Positions 21,095-29,708 of a stretch of 64,000 bases of DNA are shown piece by piece; the stretch's first letter is position 1, and the number at the start of each line of letters is the position of its first letter. A program made the position numbers and the translations under genes. The notes below the pieces were generated by a model. The model saw only the letters and a program-made list of their open reading frames with translations. It was not told the origin of the DNA and made no database searches. This DNA comes from Rickettsiales bacterium (GTDB lineage Bacteria; Pseudomonadota; Alphaproteobacteria; UBA8366), in the NCBI GenBank assembly GCA_038131165.1, contig JAYPOZ010000002.1, positions 52,755 through 116,754 of the forward strand. The letters are read 5' to 3'.

Positions 21095-22986
21095 CGCTCG
21101 CCCTGACATTTGGTGAGGTCGAAATGCTTATAGACTCTCGTCAATCTGCCCAGCGGGCGATGCTCCCACACTCTTTCGACACCCCACGCATCACCCGATC
21201 GCGCCAATAACGCCGCCTTACCGGCCGCCACGTCGACCTTCAAGGCGTCGCTGATCCATTGCGCGGGACAATAGGCCCACACATAGGCCGGCCGAGCTTT
21301 GGAAGCGGTCAAGAAAGCGTCGAGCTGTGCGGATGTATTCACCACCACGCCCCGGACATCGCGACGTGAAACCGCCAGGTAATGGCTGAATATCGACGTA
21401 AAGTTTCCAAAATCTCCGGGCACGATCACGGCAATGGCCGCGTTCGGCGGCAACTTCGCCGCCATGGAAAGCCCGGCTTGGCGCAACAGCGGTTTGGGAA
21501 CCTCCAAATCGAAGCGCCAGTAATTGGCAAGCGCCGTCTCCATCGCCGGAATAAATACCACGAGACCGACCGCAACGCGGCTCAGCCCCCGGGCGACGCT
21601 CGATCCGATGCGCGATTGATAATCGCGATATAACAGGCCCGCGCCGAACACCGCCGTCGCGGCGATCAGATATCCAATATGCGTGTTAAACCGCCAATAA
21701 GACTGCGGATATCCGTTGAAATGGGCCACAAATATAAGCAGCAAGAACAGGTTGTATCCGACGAAAACGGCTCCCACCATGATAGCGAGCCGGTCAAAGT
21801 CGCTTTCTGGCCGCCGGAACCACGCGCGAAGGCCCCATATAAAGAGACCCACGGCCAAAGCGAAGTATATCGCCTTTCGATACACGACGATGCCCATATT
21901 GCGCAGCAAATCCGGTAGCCGTTCTAACGGCCATGCTTCAAGCGGCAGCATCTTGTTCTCTTGCAAGGGGGTCACCACGACAAGATAGTAGCGCCAAGTA
22001 AAATACAGGATCACCGCCAGACCGATGAAGATGGGCAACCGTTTCAGATAAAGCGAAAAACCAATCTTGCGGTCACGCAAAACCACCAATCCCATGGCGA
22101 CAACCAACGCGACCACCAGCACCAGATTGGCTTGTTTGATGTTGATCAGCAACGTGAGCAACAGACCAAACGTAATCGCCCGCGCTCTTTCGCCCTCCTC
22201 CGATTTCGCGGCGGCCTGGAGCCACAACCAACCGGCAATCCCGGCGAACGCAACCACGACCGACGTCGCCATATCCGGATAAGACGTCAGCCATATCCGG
22301 CGGACAAAGACAGGATTGAGAAGCGTCGCCAAGAGCAGGCCCAGTGCCGCGAGCTTCCAATTGACCGCAGGCTCGCCCGGCTGTCCCCATCGCAGCAGCC
22401 AAACCAAGAGCGCCGCAAACATCAGAAGCAATAGAACATTGAAAAGAATGACCGCATTTTCGACGAATTGACCCGCCACCTGGCCAACGGCGAAGAATAG
22501 GAATGTCACAGTGTAGGGAAAGCCCGGGTAGGCAGAATGACTCTGCGGCCGGTCGCCCCGCAGAAATCCATCCTGTTCGAAGATATAAAGCCCATTTGGG
22601 AGCCAATGGGTAAAACTATCGACCTCGGACGGAACCTTTCCGGCCATAATAATAAGCAACGGGGCCCCGAGGATCACAAACGGCAGAAATCCTTTCAAGC
22701 CCGCAAGCGCGGCGCCGCGCGTCCAAATCAGGCTCAGGGCTGCAATGCCAACCAAACCCCACCAGACCAACGAGAACGGAAGCGAGGTAAAGACACCAAC
22801 GACCGTCAGCGCAGCGGCCGTGATTGCCCAACCGGTCAGCACCGCAACAGCCGGGAGCTCCCTGGAGCCGCCGGGTACCGCGCCGACAGCGGCAAAGACC
22901 AAGGCCACACACCCCGCGGCCCCAAGGCCGATCCATTGACCGGCTTCCGGCAGAAACACTCGGAGAGCCTCCAGATAGGAAGTCAT
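21091..22986 (-). CDS. 631-aa polytopic membrane protein, candidate GT-C type glycosyl (pentofuranosyl) transferase
   Basis: At least 12 hydrophobic segments over ~480 aa, then a ~150-aa soluble C-terminal domain. Acidic loop motif PSEVDSFTHW. Last gene of the UbiA-DprE1-DprE2-like cassette. Family not confirmed. Confidence 0.5.
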   Translation of the reverse strand: MTSYLEALRVFLPEAGQWIGLGAAGCVALVFAAVGAVPGGSRELPAVAVLTGWAITAAALTVVGVFTSLPFSLVWWGLVGIAALSLIWTRGAALAGLKGFLPFVILGAPLLIIMAGKVPSEVDSFTHWLPNGLYIFEQDGFLRGDRPQSHSAYPGFPYTVTFLFFAVGQVAGQFVENAVILFNVLLLLMFAALLVWLLRWGQPGEPAVNWKLAALGLLLATLLNPVFVRRIWLTSYPDMATSVVVAFAGIAGWLWLQAAAKSEEGERARAITFGLLLTLLINIKQANLVLVVALVVAMGLVVLRDRKIGFSLYLKRLPIFIGLAVILYFTWRYYLVVVTPLQENKMLPLEAWPLERLPDLLRNMGIVVYRKAIYFALAVGLFIWGLRAWFRRPESDFDRLAIMVGAVFVGYNLFLLLIFVAHFNGYPQSYWRFNTHIGYLIAATAVFGAGLLYRDYQSRIGSSVARGLSRVAVGLVVFIPAMETALANYWRFDLEVPKPLLRQAGLSMAAKLPPNAAIAVIVPGDFGNFTSIFSHYLAVSRRDVRGVVVNTSAQLDAFLTASKARPAYVWAYCPAQWISDALKVDVAAGKAALLARSGDAWGVERVWEHRPLGRLTRVYKHFDLTKCQGER

Positions 22987-23039
22987 GCGTCTTTACCCGG
23001 CTCTCTGATCGCGCACGCGGGCAGCACCGATCCATGCGG

Positions 23040-23777
23040 TCATATGTTCAACCTCTTAAAAACACGTTCGGGAATATATCGAATGATGAGCATGATATAG
23101 CGCCAGAACCATGGGAAGTATGCCGTCTCCCGGGCGGCTTCCGCGAGCCGAAGACACGCGGCCGCACAGGCATCGGGCGACGCGACAAGAAACAGGCCCG
23201 GCGACCCGAAGGTCATATCCGTATCGACAAACCCCGCCTTCACGGTTGTCACGGTCACGCCGCGCCGCCAAAGCCGAGCCCTCAATCCTTGGAGATAGGC
23301 GTTCAGCCCCGCTTTCGCCGATCCGTAGACATAGTTCTTCAAACGACCGCGGTCTCCGGAAACCGAGCTTAAGACCACAATTCTGCCTTCGCTTCGCGCC
23401 TCGAAGACGGGCGCCAGCACCGAGAGCACGGACATCGCACCCAGGTAATTCACCTCTACCGTTTGGCGCGCCAGCTCGAAATCCATGTCGATATCGGCCT
23501 GCTCCGGCATCGCGCCAAACAAGAGAAAAACCCCAATCGGTCCGTCGGATTCCGCCAAAGCGGCGCTTATTGCCGCATGACCTGCGGAATCCGCCGCATC
23601 GAACTGAAGCGCTCTAGCCTCTCCACCATAGCGAGTCGCAATATCTTGGGCGTTTCTTTCCAGGTCCGGCATATCCCGTCCCGCCAGCAAGACACTGCAC
23701 CCGCGGGCAGCAACCTGGCGGCCGAAAGCGCGCCCGATCGATGACGACGCCCCCAATATGAGCCAGGTGCGCTTCAT
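23040..23777 (-). CDS. SDR reductase, DprE2-like (polyprenyl-phospho-2-keto-pentofuranose reductase)
   Basis: WLILGASSSIGRA, YVYGSAKAG (YxxxK). Located between the DprE1-like and membrane transferase genes. Confidence 0.7.
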   Translation of the reverse strand: MKRTWLILGASSSIGRAFGRQVAARGCSVLLAGRDMPDLERNAQDIATRYGGEARALQFDAADSAGHAAISAALAESDGPIGVFLLFGAMPEQADIDMDFELARQTVEVNYLGAMSVLSVLAPVFEARSEGRIVVLSSVSGDRGRLKNYVYGSAKAGLNAYLQGLRARLWRRGVTVTTVKAGFVDTDMTFGSPGLFLVASPDACAAACLRLAEAARETAYFPWFWRYIMLIIRYIPERVFKRLNI

Positions 23778-23790
23778 GCGTCCGTCCGCC

Positions 23791-25128
23791 TCATGATTCT
23801 GGCCGAATCTTCAGGCGCCGGGCCATATCGGAATCGAAAACCCGATCCGGATCGAACGCCTCGAGCACAGCGCGAAACTGCGCCAGTTTCGGATACATTT
23901 TCGCAAAAGCCTCGGCGGACATGGTGGCGTCCTTTGCCAGATATATCCGGCCCTCGTGATCCAGCGTGATCGCTTCCAGACGGCGCATCAGCTCGCCCGA
24001 GGCCGGACGCGCCGGAATATCCAAACTCAGCGTGACCCCCGGCATCGGAAAGGAGAGATAACCGATCCCTTCCGGCCCGAAGCTCTTCAGCACACCCAGG
24101 AACGAGGCGGCTTGCGCCTCGGAGACCTCTTCCAAGAGACGCCTGATGCCCTGAAGGGCGCTCGCGTCCGGCAGGACACACTGAAATTGGTAGAATCCGC
24201 CCGTACCGTAGAGGCGGTTCCAATGGGCGATCGCATCGAGCGGATGGTGGAAGGCTCCATCGGACACAACCCTCTTCCGCCCATCGGCCGGCACCCGGCG
24301 GTAGTAGAGCGCGTTGAAGAGGCCCACGCTGTATCGATTCAAAGTCATACCGGGAAACGTGAACGGCACGGACAGGGCGCGCGGAACGGCCTCCTTACCG
24401 GTCGCTTCAATAGGCTCCGCGGCTTGAAAGATACCTCGGCCCAGATTGGCACCCTTCTGAAGCGCGTCGATCCAGCCGACGGTATAGGTCGCCTGGCCCC
24501 GATGTTCGGACATGAGCTCGAAAAAATGCTCAAGGTTTCGAACCCGCCATTCCCGTGTCTCTACCGCACCGGATTGTTGGCGCAACAGTCGAATCCCGGC
24601 CGCCGCGATCACCCCCGTCAGGCCGCACCCGCCGATCGTCGCCGCAAAAAGATCGGGCAGTTCGTCGTGCGACGCGCGCACCTGACGTCCGTCCGCCAGG
24701 ATCAAATCGAGCCATTCGAGATGCTGGCCCAAACTGCCGTGCAGGTCGTGGTTCTTGCCGTGCACGTCACTGGCGACGCCGCCGCCAAGCGTCGCAAACG
24801 CCGTCCCGGGCGCCACGGGCGAGGCGAAACCGCGCGGTGCCGCAAATGCTTGCAGTTCAGCAAAGGTCACCCCGGCCTCGACGGAGACCACGCCGTGTTC
24901 CTCGTCGAACGCGAAGATACGGTCCAACCGGCGCATCGAAATCGCCGTGCCCTGGTCGCAGATTCCAAGGTCGCCATAGTTCCGGCCGTCTCCGGTGGCA
25001 ATCGTGCCCGAACTCGCCGCCGCCCGCACCGCGGCAGCGATCTGAGCGGCACGTTCCGGCCGATAAACCGACATCTCGGCGGACCGGCTTTGCCCCCAGG
25101 AAGTTACCACGGTTTGCTTCGGGCGCAC
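23791..25128 (-). CDS. FAD-binding oxidase, DprE1-like (polyprenyl-phosphoribose 2'-oxidase)
   Basis: 445 aa. GDGRNYGD, TLGGGVASDVHGKNH (compare the Mtb DprE1 HGKNH region). 12-nt gap after the UbiA gene. Confidence 0.75.
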   Translation of the reverse strand: MRPKQTVVTSWGQSRSAEMSVYRPERAAQIAAAVRAAASSGTIATGDGRNYGDLGICDQGTAISMRRLDRIFAFDEEHGVVSVEAGVTFAELQAFAAPRGFASPVAPGTAFATLGGGVASDVHGKNHDLHGSLGQHLEWLDLILADGRQVRASHDELPDLFAATIGGCGLTGVIAAAGIRLLRQQSGAVETREWRVRNLEHFFELMSEHRGQATYTVGWIDALQKGANLGRGIFQAAEPIEATGKEAVPRALSVPFTFPGMTLNRYSVGLFNALYYRRVPADGRKRVVSDGAFHHPLDAIAHWNRLYGTGGFYQFQCVLPDASALQGIRRLLEEVSEAQAASFLGVLKSFGPEGIGYLSFPMPGVTLSLDIPARPASGELMRRLEAITLDHEGRIYLAKDATMSAEAFAKMYPKLAQFRAVLEAFDPDRVFDSDMARRLKIRPES

Positions 25129-25140
25129 GATCAGGAGCTC

Positions 25141-26004
25141 CTAAACATACATCAGAAATGCGAAAGCGCCGATCCAGCCAAGGACGGCAATCACCAAGAA
25201 GGGATCGCTGAGCGCCAGGTCTGTCGGCGAACCGGAGCGTTTATAAACCATGGTAAGCTGCAAGTGCCGGAGTGTTCCGGCAATGACAAAGGGAATGGTA
25301 AGGTAAAGTTTATCGCTGCCGAGGCGCTGCATCGCGTCTGGGTCCGTCGTGAACACGACATACGAGACGACCAGAGCCGTCGACACCATGACGAACGACG
25401 CATCGAGAAACGCAATCGAGTATCCGCCGAGACTTTCGCGATGCTCCGCATTCAATTCCTGGGTAAGGTCGTCACGACGCTTCGTCAATGCGATGAAAAG
25501 CGCCAGCATTCCCGTGCACACCAAGATCCAAACCGTCGGCTCCAAACTTGCGGCAGCCGCGCCGGCGTAGACGCGCAGGACAAATCCCAAGGCGATGGTC
25601 AACACGTCGACGATCGCCAAGCGTTTGAGTACGAACGAGTATAGAATCGTGAGTCCCAAATAGGCGGCAAGCACCCAACCGCCTTTTGTCATGACGAAGG
25701 CGATTGCCAAACCAGATGCCGCCAGAACGCCGCTTAGGATAAGCGCCACCGTTGGCGAGATCGTCCCCGCGGCGACGGGACGCAACCTTTTCTGCGGGTG
25801 TAGCTTGTCGGAATCGCGATCGCAAAAATCATTCAGGCAATACAAGCCGCTCGCCCCGAGACAGAATGCCGCAAACATGAACAGGACATCCGACAAGGCG
25901 CTATCCGCCGACGCCGCGGGACTGAAAAACAGGGGGGCGAAGACAAAAACGTTCTTCACCCACTGTCGCGGCCGAAGCAGTTTGACGATTGCAGCACCCG
26001 TCAC
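25141..26004 (-). CDS. UbiA-family polyprenyl-phosphate phosphoribosyltransferase (Rv3806c-like)
   Basis: LRPRQWVKNVFVFAPLFF N-terminus and NDFCDRDSDKLHPQKRLRPVAAG (NDxxDxxxD). Confidence 0.8.
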   Translation of the reverse strand: MTGAAIVKLLRPRQWVKNVFVFAPLFFSPAASADSALSDVLFMFAAFCLGASGLYCLNDFCDRDSDKLHPQKRLRPVAAGTISPTVALILSGVLAASGLAIAFVMTKGGWVLAAYLGLTILYSFVLKRLAIVDVLTIALGFVLRVYAGAAAASLEPTVWILVCTGMLALFIALTKRRDDLTQELNAEHRESLGGYSIAFLDASFVMVSTALVVSYVVFTTDPDAMQRLGSDKLYLTIPFVIAGTLRHLQLTMVYKRSGSPTDLALSDPFLVIAVLGWIGAFAFLMYV

Positions 26005-26447
26005 GACCGCGCCCTCATCTTCCGCCGGTCGACATCTTCATCGCCCTTGTGGCTGCGGTTGGTAAAGCCAAAGCATTCTTCCATTCTTGCCCAAGGCCAT
26101 CCGGCCGAAAGCCAAAACTTGCCCCAGGGGAAAGCATCACTCTAATCGAAAAAGACTTTTAAAGTCATGACGTTCCGGTCTATTACTGTGCCCAATAAAA
26201 AAAAGCCAGGGTACGGATAGATAAACATACACATACTTCGAACGCTCACGTTCAGTTAACTTTACCGATTTATTGTAAATCGACTTCGATTTAGTTGGCT
26301 GCAATTGTCCGCAAGAACCGTAACGAGCGCGTTTGCGTGTATGGAAATCTGAACCTCGATCGTCGAGGTCTCTGCGTGACCCGGGTGTATTGGAGCCAAG
26401 TCCGGTACGGCCATGATCGGTCGTCCGAAATATTTCCGAGGGTATAG

Positions 26448-27542
26448 GTGCGACTGTCGCTGACCTTATCGAGTTACCTTGGCCGCCAGTATGCATTCTG
26501 GCTGGCCAGCGCTTTCTGTGCGTTGATGGGAATCGCGCTGCTGTTCGACGTCGTCGAAATGATGCGGCGCGCGTCGGGCAAGGAAGACGCGACCATCGCC
26601 ATCATCATCCAGATGAGCCTGTTCAAGCTGCCGCATCTTGCCGAGACGATTCTCCCCTTCACCGTCCTTTTTGGCGCGATGTTTGCGTTCTGGCGTCTTG
26701 CGAATGCGAACGAGATCATCGTCGCCAGGGCGGCGGGCGTCTCGATTTGGCAATTTCTCCTGCCGGCAATGATTTGCACTCTTGCGGTCGGCATCTTCCA
26801 GGTCACGATTTTCAACCCCTTTTCAGCGGTCATGTTGTCCAAGTTCGAAAGTGTCGAAGCGAAATACCTGAAGCGAACGACGAGCATGCTCGCCGTGTCT
26901 CGAAACGGTCTATGGCTCAGGCAATCGGATGCCGGTGGCCAAGCGGTAATCCATGCACTGCGTGTCTCGAAAGCGGAAATGAAGCTGCACGACGTCATTA
27001 TCTTTCTGTTTGAAGGTGATGAAAAATTCGTGGGCCGCATCGACGCCGAGACGGCCCAACTCAAGGTCGGATATTGGGACATCCGGAACGGTTGGCTTTC
27101 CAGCCCGAATCGCGCCGCCCACCGGGTCGAGCGTTACGAATTACCGTCCGACCTGACGCTGACGAAAATTCAGGAAAGCTTTGCCTCTCCCGAGACGATG
27201 TCGTTTTGGGATCTGCCCGGATTTATCGCCGAGTTGGAAGCCGCCGGATTTTCCGGGCACCGCCACCGCCTGCATCTCTATTCCCTATTCGCGCTGCCGG
27301 TCCTGCTCTGCGCCATGGTGCTGGTGGCCGCGGCATTTACGGTCCATATCAACAGGAGATCCGGCGCCTTCTTCGCGATGGCGGGCGGCGTGTTGATCAG
27401 TTTCATGTTGTATATTTTGGGGGATGTCGTCCACGCGTTAGGCCTCTCGACGAACGTGCCGACGGAGTTGGCCGCCTGGACCCCGGCCGGCGTCACCATG
27501 ATGATCGGCCTCGCTCTTCTTCTGCATCTCGAGGACGGATGA
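26448..27542 (+). CDS. lptG: LPS export ABC transporter permease LptG
   Basis: GTG start. LSSYLGRQYAFWLASAFCALMGIALLFDVVEMMRRA. Stop overlaps the lptD start. Confidence 0.9.
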   Translation: MRLSLTLSSYLGRQYAFWLASAFCALMGIALLFDVVEMMRRASGKEDATIAIIIQMSLFKLPHLAETILPFTVLFGAMFAFWRLANANEIIVARAAGVSIWQFLLPAMICTLAVGIFQVTIFNPFSAVMLSKFESVEAKYLKRTTSMLAVSRNGLWLRQSDAGGQAVIHALRVSKAEMKLHDVIIFLFEGDEKFVGRIDAETAQLKVGYWDIRNGWLSSPNRAAHRVERYELPSDLTLTKIQESFASPETMSFWDLPGFIAELEAAGFSGHRHRLHLYSLFALPVLLCAMVLVAAAFTVHINRRSGAFFAMAGGVLISFMLYILGDVVHALGLSTNVPTELAAWTPAGVTMMIGLALLLHLEDG

Positions 27543-29704
27543 TGCAGCGCATTGCACTTGTCCTCTGGATTTTGGGTTTTTTGGTTCTGGCCAATTCGGT
27601 TTCGGCACGAGACCCGCTTTCGACCGAACTTCCCGTGCTTCTGCAGGCAGACGAGATCAACTACGATCAGGAATTGGGCACCGTTGTCGCCCGAGGGAAA
27701 GTTGAAATTTCCCAAGGTGGGCGGACCCTGTTTGCCGACACGTTGAGCTATAACCAGAAAACAGAGACGGTCAGCGCATCCGGGAACATCGTGCTGCATG
27801 AACCGTCCGGCGAGGTCATCTTTGCGGAGTTTGTCGAACTGACGGACCAGCTAAAAAACGGCGTGATTAATCGAATTCGCATCTTGCTGTTGGACGATAG
27901 CCGGTTTGCGGCGAACAATGCCGTCCGCAGGGATGGTAACACAACGACCATGGAACGCGCCGTCTATTCTCCCTGCAAGCTTTGCGAGGAAAATCCGAAT
28001 GCCCCGCCGCTCTGGCAATTGAAGGCCGAGCGCGTCCAACACGATCAGGAAGATCGGGAGGTTCGCTATAAAGACGTCTATCTGGAAATGTGGGGCATTC
28101 CTGTCGCCTATTCCCCTTATCTCTCGCATCCGGACCCCTCGGTAGATCGGAAGACAGGCTTTCTCGCGCCAGATTTCGGCACCGGCGGCAATGTCGGCGC
28201 TTTTATCCGCTTGCCCTATTTCATCACCGTCGGAGATGATAAGGACGTCACCCTGGATCCGATTTACACGGAAGAAGAAGGCCTTGTCTTAAGCGGTGAA
28301 TATCGCCAACGCTTTCTTAACGGCGAATTGGCTTTGTCGGGCAGCATCGCCGAGGCACAACGCAAAGAGGGCGACCCGAATAACGCCACCGTCAAAGATG
28401 ACCGGTTGCGAGGCCATTTATCGGCCGATGCCAAGTACCACATCGACGAAACCTGGCGTGCCGGTGTCAGCGTTAACCGCGCAAGCGACCGCTCCTATCT
28501 GCGCAAGTTCGATTTCTTTTCGCTGAATCGGAACACTCTGCGCTCCAACGCAGTACTGGAAGGGTTCCGTCGGCGGAATTATATCGCCGCCAACGCCTTT
28601 TCGTTCCAAGATCTGCGGACAGACGACCGGGCAGAACAGCCCATTGTTGCCCCGTCGCTCGATTTCAACCATCTCGGCGAAGCGGACCGGCTCGGCGGGC
28701 GTTGGCAATTCGATGGGAACATTATAACACTTTTCCGGGAAGCAGGTTCGGATAGCCAGCGGATATCTCTAAAGCCAGGTTATAGTCTCGGTCGCACTTG
28801 GGATTTCGGTTTAATCACAACGGCAACCGCAACGGCACAAGTTGACGGATACAGAATTGAAAATAACTCTGGCGGCACGGACGACTATACTCTCAGGGGT
28901 CGCCTGTTTCCCCAATTGGCGGTTGATGCCAGTTATCCCTTCGTTCGCCAAACCGGTAAATTGACGCAACTGATCGAGCCGGTCGCAACTGGCATATTGG
29001 CGCCGAACGGCAGCAATCCCAATATCATACCGGACGAAGAAAGTACCGTGTTCGAACTCGATGACACGAACCTGCTCAGTCATGACCGGTTCGCCGGTAC
29101 CGACCGCGTCGATAGCGGCTCCCGGATCGTTTATGGAGTGAGAATGGGGCTTTATGGCCCGTTGGTCGGAAATATAACGGGATTCTTTGGCCAGAGTTAC
29201 CGCTTCCATACGGATAGAGATTTGCGGAACTCTAAAGCGCTGGAAGAAGATTTCTCGGACTATGTCGGCCGGGTCGACGTCAAGCCCAATCAATATGTCG
29301 ATGTCCTGTATCGGTTCCGTTTCAGCGAATCCGATTTCAGCAGCCGGAGTTCCGCCGTAGGTTTTGCCATCGGCCCCGCGGCAATGCGGGTTTCTGGCGA
29401 GTACTTCTTCGTCGAAGAGGGCACGGCAGCCGGCAATGCCGAGCAACGAGAGGAATTGACCATCGCCTTAAATTCTAAGATCAATAGATATTGGTCGGCA
29501 GGTTTGTCCACGAGACGAGATCTTACCAGCGACGGGGGGTCGCTCCTGCATTCGCTTTCCGTTCGCTACGAAGACGAGTGCTTTACACTCGACACCTCGG
29601 CGCAGCGAAGCTTCACGCGCGATGCTGATATCGAACCGGAAAGCCGAATTTTATTCCGGCTCATTTTCAAGCATCTTGGCCAGGTTGAATCGAGCGCTGG
29701 ATAG
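27539..29704 (+). CDS. lptD: LPS assembly outer membrane protein LptD
   Basis: Internal start MMQRIALVLWILGFLVLANSVSA (signal peptide) at 27539, OstA N-domain (LLQADEINYDQE) and a large beta-barrel. The tracked ORF from 27074 is an in-frame upstream extension over lptG. Confidence 0.9.
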   Translation: MMQRIALVLWILGFLVLANSVSARDPLSTELPVLLQADEINYDQELGTVVARGKVEISQGGRTLFADTLSYNQKTETVSASGNIVLHEPSGEVIFAEFVELTDQLKNGVINRIRILLLDDSRFAANNAVRRDGNTTTMERAVYSPCKLCEENPNAPPLWQLKAERVQHDQEDREVRYKDVYLEMWGIPVAYSPYLSHPDPSVDRKTGFLAPDFGTGGNVGAFIRLPYFITVGDDKDVTLDPIYTEEEGLVLSGEYRQRFLNGELALSGSIAEAQRKEGDPNNATVKDDRLRGHLSADAKYHIDETWRAGVSVNRASDRSYLRKFDFFSLNRNTLRSNAVLEGFRRRNYIAANAFSFQDLRTDDRAEQPIVAPSLDFNHLGEADRLGGRWQFDGNIITLFREAGSDSQRISLKPGYSLGRTWDFGLITTATATAQVDGYRIENNSGGTDDYTLRGRLFPQLAVDASYPFVRQTGKLTQLIEPVATGILAPNGSNPNIIPDEESTVFELDDTNLLSHDRFAGTDRVDSGSRIVYGVRMGLYGPLVGNITGFFGQSYRFHTDRDLRNSKALEEDFSDYVGRVDVKPNQYVDVLYRFRFSESDFSSRSSAVGFAIGPAAMRVSGEYFFVEEGTAAGNAEQREELTIALNSKINRYWSAGLSTRRDLTSDGGSLLHSLSVRYEDECFTLDTSAQRSFTRDADIEPESRILFRLIFKHLGQVESSAG

Positions 29705-29708
29705 GATC

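Noticed and set aside
26137-26496. 119-aa minus-strand ORF in the low-GC spacer upstream of lptG.
   Set aside because: Its start lies inside the lptG coding region. The sequence has no hydrophobic core or recognisable motif, and I see no convincing ribosome-binding site. I treat it as non-coding.
27074-27538. In-frame N-terminal extension of lptD in the ORF track. Similar extensions exist for ppx, pepA, ndk, yicC, the cupin gene, surA, purM, rpsF and the 34329 and 50163 SDR genes.
   Set aside because: The extensions overlap neighbouring genes and lack homology-like sequence. Internal Met codons give canonical N-termini, signal peptides or ribosome-binding sites.
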